From assembly GCA_023247235.1 (NCBI GenBank), contig JAHFGW010000002.1, positions 70,907 through 132,987 of the forward strand: a stretch of DNA of 62,081 nucleotides, written 5' to 3'. This DNA is from Candidatus Omnitrophota bacterium. Its GTDB lineage: Bacteria; Omnitrophota; Gorgyraeia; Aquiviventales; Aquiviventaceae. A program made the position numbers and the translations under genes. Within the stretch, counting starts at the first letter, position 1. Each line of letters starts with the position of its first letter. The notes beneath the pieces were generated by a model. It did no database searches. It saw nothing but the letters and a program-made list of their open reading frames with translations, and was not told the origin of the DNA. Shown piece after piece: positions 1 to 7,349 of the stretch.

Positions 1-2
1 TG

Positions 3-809
3 AAAGCGCTGCTGCCTGAGCTCAAGATGGTGTACTGCTGGCAAGGCGGATATGTGCAGCCGTTTCTCGATAACCTCCAGCAACAATTAGGCGATCTCCA
101 GCCGATCTTCCGCCCGATGTTTTCGATGTCCACGGAAACGGTGGCCTATCTGATTTACCCGAGGATTTCGACCGATGCGGGCCTACCAATCTATCCGGGA
201 GTATGTTACGAGTTCATGGAGGCGGATGGTGCAAGCAGCGCGCGCCGTCTGTTAAAGCCTTGGGAACTTCAGGTTGGACAAGAGTACCTGATGGTCGTCT
301 CTGATGCATACGGGCTTAGACGGTACCAGACGAGCGACGTGTTCGAATGCGTAGGTGTGAGGTGCCAGACTCCGCTCCTTCGCTTCCTGAGGAGGGCGGG
401 ATTAAGTTACTCGTTTACCGGGGAGAAGATCACTGACCAGCAGCTTCTAGAGGTCTATGAGACGGTTCAAAAGACAGCCAAGCTTCCTGGGGCTGTCTTT
501 GTATGCTTTCCAAAGCTGAATAAAGGGAAGGTGCCTGGTTACGTGTTCGTTCGCGTTGTTGATGCGGAAACCGTTCCGCCTGATGCTGTGTCATCTCAAA
601 GGTTTGACGAGGCGCTGATGCGTGTCAACGAGGAGTATGCCAGCAAGCGGAAGTCCGGGCGTTTAGCCCAACCAGAGATGGTCAGCTGCCGCTACGAGGA
701 GCTTGTAGCGAAGCTGATGCGCTCAGACGCTCGGTACCGGACGGCCAGCCCTGCCCAGTTTAAACTCTTGCCGTTATATCAGACGGCCTGGGAAACCTTG
801 GGCGAGTGA
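3..809 (+). CDS. GH3-family (acyl-acid amido synthetase-like) protein, C-terminal part; 5' end lies outside the window
   Basis: The frame is open from the window edge (KALLPELKMVYCWQGG...). GH3-like motifs are present: YGLRRYQTSDVFECVG, LRFLRRAG..FTGEKIT, NEEYASKR, QFKLLPL. Confidence 0.7.
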   Translation, partial: KALLPELKMVYCWQGGYVQPFLDNLQQQLGDLQPIFRPMFSMSTETVAYLIYPRISTDAGLPIYPGVCYEFMEADGASSARRLLKPWELQVGQEYLMVVSDAYGLRRYQTSDVFECVGVRCQTPLLRFLRRAGLSYSFTGEKITDQQLLEVYETVQKTAKLPGAVFVCFPKLNKGKVPGYVFVRVVDAETVPPDAVSSQRFDEALMRVNEEYASKRKSGRLAQPEMVSCRYEELVAKLMRSDARYRTASPAQFKLLPLYQTAWETLGE

Positions 810-820
810 GGGGGGCATCG

Positions 821-1972
821 ATGAATCAAATGGCGCAACGACAGAACCCCTGGCTGCGTTCAGGCGCATGGGATGTCTTCTGGATGCTGTCCGGTCTATG
901 GCTCTTGCTGCCAATAGCAGGATTCTCCGGGGCTCCCACTGCACTGAAGGTGATGCTGATCGGTGCGACAGCCCTGCTCTGGCTGTCCCACCGTTTCGCC
1001 ACCACCTACAACGCCTTCTGCATGCCCGCGTATCGTCAATTGCTCGGTGAACAACGGGATAGGTTCGTGATATTGCCAGCGGTCATTATCATCGCGACGT
1101 TCGCCTTCGTCTTTTCGCCCGAATCCGTGATGCGGTTAAACCTGTGGGGTAGAGTGCAGATCCTTGCGACCATCTTCTTTCTCTACAACTCCTATCACTT
1201 TGGCATTCAACATTACGGAGTGCTCAGCATTTATCGAATTCGCGCGGGGCAGGGCCACTCGGGTTGGCTCAAACGGTACGAGAAATTCTTCGCCATTGCT
1301 GTCGGTACAATTGTCGTTGCCCTTGCGCAGATGTGCCATGGGGCAGAGGTCGTCGCTGACTCCCTTGTCTATAACGTCGTGCCGAGAGAAGTGTTCAGTG
1401 TGGTCTTCGGCGTGCTCCAGAAAGTCGCTCCGCTCCTTGTGCTTGGTCTGGCTGGCATCTTCTACGCTGGCGAGTTCAGGAACACCCCGGTGTCGATACC
1501 TAAGGTGCTGTATGTTGGCGGGCTGGCGTTGCAGGGAATCCTCGCCTACTTCTTAGAGCCAATCAGCTTTCTGATCCTGTGGGGGGTGCAGCACTGGCTG
1601 GTTTCAGTAGCGCTGGGTGCGCATATGGCAGACAACGATGCCAGCGAGGTTCCTGCCGGGTCGTGGTGGTATGGAATGTGGGCGCGATTCAACAAGGGCT
1701 TTTGGCCGACGGTATTCATTTTGGTGCTTGCGTCGATTGTCTTGACCCCGTTCTTTGAATTGGCCGTCCATCCCTATAAGGTAGGGTGGGCGCCTGGCGT
1801 CCTTTCGACATTTGGGTCCATGCTTGGAAATAGCTGGGCGACGAAGCTCTTTATCGCGCTCAACTTCATCTCCGTCTATATTCATTTCGTGATGGATCGT
1901 GCCGTGTTTAGGTTTTCTGATCCGGCGGTCCGCAAGATCTCAGTGCCGCTGTTGTTCAAGCCGGTGGGTTAA
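821..1972 (+). CDS. Polytopic integral membrane protein, family not recognised
   Basis: ATG 821 sits 5 nt after GAGGGGGG (808-815). GTG 806 (GTGA overlap with the upstream stop) is an alternative start. There are about 10 hydrophobic segments. His-containing motifs: SYHFGIQHYG, VQHWL, YIHFVMD. Confidence 0.6.
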   Translation: MNQMAQRQNPWLRSGAWDVFWMLSGLWLLLPIAGFSGAPTALKVMLIGATALLWLSHRFATTYNAFCMPAYRQLLGEQRDRFVILPAVIIIATFAFVFSPESVMRLNLWGRVQILATIFFLYNSYHFGIQHYGVLSIYRIRAGQGHSGWLKRYEKFFAIAVGTIVVALAQMCHGAEVVADSLVYNVVPREVFSVVFGVLQKVAPLLVLGLAGIFYAGEFRNTPVSIPKVLYVGGLALQGILAYFLEPISFLILWGVQHWLVSVALGAHMADNDASEVPAGSWWYGMWARFNKGFWPTVFILVLASIVLTPFFELAVHPYKVGWAPGVLSTFGSMLGNSWATKLFIALNFISVYIHFVMDRAVFRFSDPAVRKISVPLLFKPVG

Positions 1973-2031
1973 CCATTCGAAATGATGGGCATTAACAGGT
2001 ATTTGGACATGCCTAGGCGAGAGTCAGTCTG

Positions 2032-2673
2032 ATGTTAGAGCGCTTGCTCCAGGGTGTTATCGTGTCGCTTGTGGTGGCCATTGTGCCTGCCATAGGCAAG
2101 CCCACCGCCCTGGCGAAACCCCAGCTATGGTTGCTACTTGTACTTGGGGTGTTGGCGAATCTGCTTCAGCCGTCCTATAAACCGTTCGATAGGGCCGCGC
2201 CCACACTGGACAGGGGGACGGCGCTGCAAAACCTGTGGACATGCGCCTTCATCCAGTTGCTCGCGGTCCTGGAGGCGATTTACGTAGGATATCCGACAAG
2301 CTTTGAATGGGACGTCGTTGTGACCGTTTCATTCAGTTTGATGGTGATGGGGTTGGCGGTGAGAACGTGGGCGGTGTTCACCTTGGGAAGGTTTTTCACG
2401 TGGCATGTGACGGTGCAGGAGGGCCAGCAGGTCATTCGACGTGGTCCGTATCGCTACGTGCGGCATCCGAGTTACCTGGGAGCCCTCTTGACGTACTTCT
2501 TCGGGACGACGTTTCTCCACGCATGGATCAGCATGTGCGTCGCAGCCATTGCTCTGCCGGCGGCCTTTTTCAGGAGAATCAAACTGGAAGAGGTGGTATT
2601 AAAGCAGTCGCTGGGTCAGGAATACGAGAACTATTGCAAGGAAGTGCCGGCACTTATCCCTGGGATACGGTAA
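2032..2673 (+). CDS. Isoprenylcysteine carboxyl methyltransferase (ICMT/PEMT) family membrane methyltransferase
   Basis: Multi-TM protein with the family signature RRGPYRYVRHPSYLGALL near the C-terminus. Confidence 0.8.
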   Translation: MLERLLQGVIVSLVVAIVPAIGKPTALAKPQLWLLLVLGVLANLLQPSYKPFDRAAPTLDRGTALQNLWTCAFIQLLAVLEAIYVGYPTSFEWDVVVTVSFSLMVMGLAVRTWAVFTLGRFFTWHVTVQEGQQVIRRGPYRYVRHPSYLGALLTYFFGTTFLHAWISMCVAAIALPAAFFRRIKLEEVVLKQSLGQEYENYCKEVPALIPGIR

Positions 2674-2754
2674 GGGTAAGATTAGGTGACCAGAGTTGCG
2701 AAGGATTTCAACCCTTAGGAGGAGTGGTGCCAATGAACGGTTTTAAAAAAGGAC

Positions 2755-3180
2755 TTGGTGCTGCACGACAAGGACGGGAAGGTTGTTAAGGTCTATCCCG
2801 AAGGTAGTGAAGAGCAGTTGCGATGGCAGCTCGTGCTTGAATACCTCATTGCAGCAGACAGAAAATATTTACATGAGTTGTTACAGAAGAAAGAACAGCG
2901 GCGCAAGGAAGTCGAGCGGATCCTCGCAGCGCCAGATCGGCCCATTGTGCAGCGCCGGCAACGACGGCGCTTGCCACGCTATAACCTGACGCAGGCGGCA
3001 AAGATTCTACAGGTCACGAGGCAAGGGCTGTACTACTGGATGAAGAAGGGCTGGGTGAAGGCACGACGGGACTATCGAGGTTATCCGGTCTTTACAGTTT
3101 TTGACATCGAGCAGATCATGAAATGGCGCAATGGACTCAGTGCAACAAAGGGAATTGAAGGCGGACTTGACAATTCTTGA
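2755..3180 (+). CDS. Small helix-turn-helix DNA-binding protein (MerR/excisionase-type HTH)
   Basis: Start is TTG 2755 or GTG 2758. LTQAAKILQVTRQGLYYWMKKGWVKARRD is an HTH_17-like motif. This is the most AT-rich stretch of the window. Confidence 0.6.
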   Translation: MVLHDKDGKVVKVYPEGSEEQLRWQLVLEYLIAADRKYLHELLQKKEQRRKEVERILAAPDRPIVQRRQRRRLPRYNLTQAAKILQVTRQGLYYWMKKGWVKARRDYRGYPVFTVFDIEQIMKWRNGLSATKGIEGGLDNS

Positions 3181-3234
3181 CACCCACATTTTTCGCATGA
3201 TTTCAGCGGTCAACCATCTCGCATACATCGGGTT

Positions 3235-4884
3235 ATGAAAAAATCGGTCTGGGTGAAAAGCTTTGGCTGTCAGATGAACGAGCGGGACTCCGAGGAAGTC
3301 CTTGGGATGCTGACCGCTCAAGGCTACGAGATCGCTGAACAGCCGGAACAGGCCGATGTCATCCTCCTCAATACCTGCTCGGTGCGGGAGCATGCGGAGG
3401 GGCGGGCGTACGGCAAGATGCACGAGCTGTCAGAGCTCAAAGAGACGAAGCCGGACCTCGTCCTGGGCATCATCGGGTGCATGGCGAAGCTGCATCAGGC
3501 CGAGGTGTTCCGGCGGTTGCCTCGCGTCGATCTGGTCGCCGGCCCGGCAGAGCTGTACGATCTGCCGTATCTGCTGGCAGAAATTCAAGAGAAGAGGCAG
3601 CTAGGGGCTGGAGGCTCGAGGCTCGAGGCTGGAGGCAACGGCACGAAGATCCTCGCGGTAGGGAGACCATCCAGGCCGCTCGACCAAAAACCTGTGGGAG
3701 ACTACCGGAAGCCTGGAGTCACGGCGTTCGTGACGATCATGGAGGGTTGCGACAAAGCCTGCACCTACTGCATCGTGCCTCAGACGCGCGGGCAGGAGAT
3801 TTCGCGGCCGGCCGAAGAAATCATCGAAGAGATCAACACGCTGGTCGCGGCAGGCTACAAGGAGATCACGCTGCTGGGCCAGAATGTCAATTCCTACGGC
3901 AAGCGGTTCCCGGATGGCTCAGGCTACAAGGGACCGCTGGGCCGGATGCGCTTGCTGGAGGAGGATACGGAGTCGCTGCTGGATTTTCCGAAGCTGCTGC
4001 GGATGATTGACGCTTCGCTGCGGGGCGCCGGACGCCTGCGGCGTCCGGCACTCCCGTCGCCCACCCCGCCTGCGGCGGGGTACCCGGGCTCGGTCGCAGT
4101 CTCCTCTGGCGGGGCGCCGCTCGCCTACGGCCCGCGGCACTTCCTTCGCCCACCCAGCTCCGCTGGGTACCCGGGCTCAGTCGCAGTCCCCTCGAGCGTC
4201 CGCATCCGGTTTACCACGAGCCATCCGTTTGATGCGACGGAGCGGCTGTTTGAGGCGATGCGCGACTGTTCCTCGGTCTGCGAGTGGCTGCACTTGCCGG
4301 TCCAGTCCGGCTCCAACCGCATCCTGCGCGCGATGCGGCGCGGCTACACCGCCGAAGCCTATCTGAACAAGCTCGAGCGGCTGCGACAGCTCATCCCGGA
4401 GATCAGTCTCTTCACGGACATCATCGTCGGCTTTCCAGGCGAGACGGAAGAGGATTTCCAGGCGACCGAGCGCCTGATGCGCGCGGTCGGCTATGATCAC
4501 GCCTACATCTTTAAATACTCACCGAGGCCAGGCACAGACGCCGCGATGCGGGAAGACGATGTGCCCCAGGACGTGAAAGAGGCCCGCCATCACACGCTTC
4601 TGGCGCTGCAGGCCGAAGTCCAGGCCGCGCGGCACCGAGCGCTTGAGGGCCGAGAGCTTGAGATTTTAGTTGAAGAGCGGGGGAGGTTTGCGCAACAATG
4701 GTGGGGTCGGACCCGGGGCAACCACAGCGTGATCGTGGAAGCGCCCGGGAACCTGTGCGGGTCAGCCGTGCAGGTGCGGATTTCCCGGGGTACTGCACAT
4801 ACCTTATTCGGGGAGTTAACCGCATGCAGCGCGTCATCGCGCTCGTCGGCCCCACGGGCGTCGGAAAGTCCGCGGTTGCCGTAG
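3235..4884 (+). CDS. miaB: tRNA-i6A37 methylthiotransferase MiaB, carrying two in-frame repeat insertions
   Basis: MTTase N-domain VKSFGCQMNERDSE..LLNTCSVRE. Radical-SAM motif GCDKACTYC. RFTTSHP, LHLPVQSGS and a TRAM-like C-terminus are present. The 3' end overlaps miaA by 61 nt. Confidence 0.9.
   Translation: MKKSVWVKSFGCQMNERDSEEVLGMLTAQGYEIAEQPEQADVILLNTCSVREHAEGRAYGKMHELSELKETKPDLVLGIIGCMAKLHQAEVFRRLPRVDLVAGPAELYDLPYLLAEIQEKRQLGAGGSRLEAGGNGTKILAVGRPSRPLDQKPVGDYRKPGVTAFVTIMEGCDKACTYCIVPQTRGQEISRPAEEIIEEINTLVAAGYKEITLLGQNVNSYGKRFPDGSGYKGPLGRMRLLEEDTESLLDFPKLLRMIDASLRGAGRLRRPALPSPTPPAAGYPGSVAVSSGGAPLAYGPRHFLRPPSSAGYPGSVAVPSSVRIRFTTSHPFDATERLFEAMRDCSSVCEWLHLPVQSGSNRILRAMRRGYTAEAYLNKLERLRQLIPEISLFTDIIVGFPGETEEDFQATERLMRAVGYDHAYIFKYSPRPGTDAAMREDDVPQDVKEARHHTLLALQAEVQAARHRALEGRELEILVEERGRFAQQWWGRTRGNHSVIVEAPGNLCGSAVQVRISRGTAHTLFGELTACSASSRSSAPRASESPRLP
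3607..3635 (+). repeat. Heptanucleotide tandem array gctggag-gctcgag-gctcgag-gctggag (family A, left arm only)
   Basis: Read directly. It encodes GGSRLEAGG in the MiaB linker. The same 7-mers occur at 20174 and 35094. Confidence 0.85.
4015..4197 (+). repeat. In-frame tandem duplication (2 units of about 88-90 bp) inserted in miaB
   Basis: Both units start gcggggcgccg (4019, 4110) and end gggtacccgggctc[g/a]gtcgcagtc (4078-4101, 4165-4188). The 183 bp encode 61 aa lying between ..RMIDA and VRIRFTTSHP. Confidence 0.85.
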
Positions 4885-5795
4885 AGCTGGCCCAATCGCT
4901 CGGCGCGGAGATCGTGTCGTGCGACTCGATGCAGGTCTATCGCAGCATGCGGGTCCTCTCGCAAGCCCCCACTCACGCCCAGCGCGTCCTCATCCAGCAC
5001 CACCTCATCGACTGCATTGACCCCACCCAGGACTTCAGCGTCGGCGAGTACCGCCGCACGGCCGCACCCATCATCAACCAAATCCTGGAGCGCGGCAAGC
5101 GCGTGCTGATCGTCGGCGGGACCGGACTCTACGTCAAGGCGCTCACCGAAGGGCTGTGCGATGCGCCGCCGGCCGACACGCGCATCCGCGAGCAACTCTG
5201 GACTGAGTGCCACGGCGTGGGCAGCACGGGCCTTTATGACCGCCTGCGCGGGATTGATGCGATCGCCGCATCGCGCATCCATCCCAACGACGCGCGGCGC
5301 ATTATCCGGGCGCTTGAGGTGTATACGCTGACCGGCCGTCCGATCTCAGCCTGGTGGCGGCAGGCCAGCGCGGAGCTCCTACAAGGCCACGTCCAAGTCA
5401 TCGGGCTTGACCGCGACCGGGAGGAGCTCTACGAGCGGATTAACAAGCGGCTGCTGCACATGGTCTATGAGGAAGGGGTCATTAACGAGATCCGGCACCT
5501 GATGCGGCTGCCTCTGTCGCGCACGGCGCGGCAGGTGCACGGCTTCATCGACATCGAGAAATATCTGGCGAGCCAGACGACCCTGAAGGACACGCTCGTC
5601 GTCTGGCAGCAGCGGGTCCGCCATTACGCGCGCCGCCAGCTCATCTGGTTCCGGCAGGCTTCGAACATTCAGTGGCTGACCATCGGCTCCGAGGAGCCGC
5701 CCTGGGAGACCTCCGCACGGGTCCTCGATGCGCTGCGGCACCCCGGCGCCGAAATTGAGCCGCTCGCCAGTTCGCAGCCTGAGCTCGACCGGTAA
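4824..5795 (+). CDS. miaA: tRNA dimethylallyltransferase MiaA
   Basis: MQRVIALVGPTGVGKS P-loop at the N-terminus, so ATG 4824 is preferred over the 4698 ORF start. The length is typical for MiaA. Confidence 0.9.
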   Translation: MQRVIALVGPTGVGKSAVAVELAQSLGAEIVSCDSMQVYRSMRVLSQAPTHAQRVLIQHHLIDCIDPTQDFSVGEYRRTAAPIINQILERGKRVLIVGGTGLYVKALTEGLCDAPPADTRIREQLWTECHGVGSTGLYDRLRGIDAIAASRIHPNDARRIIRALEVYTLTGRPISAWWRQASAELLQGHVQVIGLDRDREELYERINKRLLHMVYEEGVINEIRHLMRLPLSRTARQVHGFIDIEKYLASQTTLKDTLVVWQQRVRHYARRQLIWFRQASNIQWLTIGSEEPPWETSARVLDALRHPGAEIEPLASSQPELDR

Positions 5796-5845
5796 CGTCC
5801 GACCTTCGTTTGGCCCGCCACCCGCTATCACCTGAGTGACTTGGT

Positions 5846-7111
5846 ATGCCTACTGAGCGCGCGCTCTTAGTGACGGTTCAACTGGATCCTCGGTTTGAGC
5901 CAGGCAAAGCCCGCTGGTCGATCCAGGACGAGGCGGCGGAGCTGCGGGAGCTGGCCAGCGGCGCGGGCTGCCGCGTCATCGGCGAGGTGCTGGCGAAGCG
6001 CCACCGCCCGGTGGCCGGGACGTTCCTGGGCCAGGGCAAGCTGGAGGAGATCGCGGGCGAAGCGCAGGACAACCAAGCCCAGACGGTGGTCTTCAACCAG
6101 GAACTCTCCTCGGCGCAGCAGCGCAACATCGAGGACGTGCTGCGCGTGAAGACGATCGACCGGACGCAACTGATTTTGGATATCTTCGCCCAGCGCGCGC
6201 GCTCGCAGGAAGGCAAGGTGCAAGTGGAGCTGGCGCAATTGCGGTACCTGCTGCCTCGTCTGGTCGGCAAGGGCATCATGCTCTCGCGACTGGGTGGCGG
6301 GATCGGGACGCGAGGTCCTGGTGAGCAGAAGCTCGAGATGGACCGCCGGCGCATCCGCGCGCGCATCACGCGGCTTGGCGATGAGCTGGAAAAATTAGGC
6401 CGCCGGCGAGAGGCGACGCGCCTTCGGCGCAAAGAGACGGAAGTGCCGGTGGCGGCGCTGGTCGGCTATACCAACGCGGGTAAGACGACCTTGCTCAACC
6501 GGCTGACCGGCGCCGGGGCGCCGGTGAGGAACCAGCTCTTCACGACACTGGATCCCTTGGCGCGGCGCGCGAAGCTCCCGAGCGGGGAGGCGATCGTGGT
6601 CACCGACACGGTGGGATTTCTTCACCACCTGCCGCACCACTTGATCGAAGCGTTCCACGCGACGTTGGAGGAAGCGCGCGATGCAGACGTGCTCCTGCAC
6701 GTGGTCGACGCGAGCCATCCGCAGCTTGGCGAGCGCATCGCGGCCGTGGAAGACGTGCTGAGCGAACTGAAGCTGCAGGACAAGCCCCGGATCACGGTCT
6801 TGAACAAGCGCGATCAGGCGCCAGACCCTGTCCGATGGCAGGCGCTTGAGCGCGGCTATGAGCCGGCCGCAGCCATCTCGGCCAAGACCGGAGAGGGGCT
6901 CCAGGAGCTGGGTCGCCTGATCGATGCAGAGCTTTCGGAGCTGCTTGTTGCGCCGACTCAGCTTCGCATCCCGGTCGAGCAGGCCGAGGTCCTGGCAGCG
7001 GTCTACCGGGCAGGGCAGGTGCTGCGACGCCAGGAGGCGGACGGGGTCATTGAGTTGTCCGTCCGCCTGCCGGCCAAGCTGAAAACCCGTCTGAGCGACT
7101 ATGTGGCTTAG
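5846..7111 (+). CDS. hflX: GTPase HflX
   Basis: HflX N-domain followed by the G-domain motifs GYTNAGKTTLLN, DTVGF and NKRD. Confidence 0.9.
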   Translation: MPTERALLVTVQLDPRFEPGKARWSIQDEAAELRELASGAGCRVIGEVLAKRHRPVAGTFLGQGKLEEIAGEAQDNQAQTVVFNQELSSAQQRNIEDVLRVKTIDRTQLILDIFAQRARSQEGKVQVELAQLRYLLPRLVGKGIMLSRLGGGIGTRGPGEQKLEMDRRRIRARITRLGDELEKLGRRREATRLRRKETEVPVAALVGYTNAGKTTLLNRLTGAGAPVRNQLFTTLDPLARRAKLPSGEAIVVTDTVGFLHHLPHHLIEAFHATLEEARDADVLLHVVDASHPQLGERIAAVEDVLSELKLQDKPRITVLNKRDQAPDPVRWQALERGYEPAAAISAKTGEGLQELGRLIDAELSELLVAPTQLRIPVEQAEVLAAVYRAGQVLRRQEADGVIELSVRLPAKLKTRLSDYVA

Positions 7112-7187
7112 CAGAGTGGTGGGTCAGTTCGGCGGGTCCTGCCGCGGGCGCCCGTTCGTGGGCCCCTCCGCCCGGTGTGCCCGCCCC

Positions 7188-7236
7188 GGCCTGCCGGAGC
7201 GGGCCGGGGGATCCTCCCACTCACGGGCATCCCGCG
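7188..7236 (+). repeat. Interspersed repeat E, copy 1
   Basis: The 30-mer ggcctgccggagcgggccgggggatcctcc is identical to 42624-42653, with a further ~19 nt of similar flank. It contains the hairpin ccccggcc-N10-ggccgggg. Confidence 0.85.
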
Positions 7237-7278
7237 TCACCCGCCAACCAATTGGCCTACCGTCCTAGCAGATGCTCC

Positions 7279-7307
7279 TTGACAGGCAAGGCTCCTTGGG
7301 CTAAACT
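7279..7307 (+). promoter_or_regulatory. Sigma70-type promoter of the hrcA operon
   Basis: TTGACA (7279-7284), a 17-nt spacer, then TAAACT (7302-7307), immediately upstream of CIRCE. Confidence 0.65.
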
Positions 7308-7310
7308 TGT

Positions 7311-7337
7311 TTAGCACTCTATCTATACGAGTGCTAA
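7311..7337 (+). promoter_or_regulatory. CIRCE operator (HrcA binding site)
   Basis: Perfect consensus TTAGCACTC-N9-GAGTGCTAA, 13 nt upstream of the hrcA ATG. Confidence 0.95.
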
Positions 7338-7349
7338 TATGAGGCGACA

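Noticed and set aside
2733-2789. An 18-codon ORF (MNGFKKGLGAARQGREGC) with a strong SD (AGGAGGAG) overlapping the start of the HTH gene in another frame.
   Set aside because: It is too short, has no recognisable features and cannot be supported from sequence alone. It is noted as a possible leader or alternative initiation site but is not called.
2755-3180. The excisionase-like HTH plus AT-rich DNA considered as a prophage or integrative-element edge.
   Set aside because: No integrase, att-like direct repeats, tRNA target or phage genes occur in the window. Only a compositional impression and one small HTH gene support it, which is not enough to call a mobile element.
4824-4884. The 61-nt miaB/miaA overlap considered as evidence of a frameshift or pseudogene.
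   Set aside because: The MiaB TRAM-like C-terminus (..VQVRISRGTAHTLFGEL) is complete before the overlap. The extra 20 aa are a read-through tail, and the miaA N-terminal P-loop is intact.
7184-7209. GC-rich hairpins (7184-7209, 19151-19175, 10882-10908) considered as intrinsic terminators.
   Set aside because: None is followed by a U-tract, so they are reported only as stem-loops.
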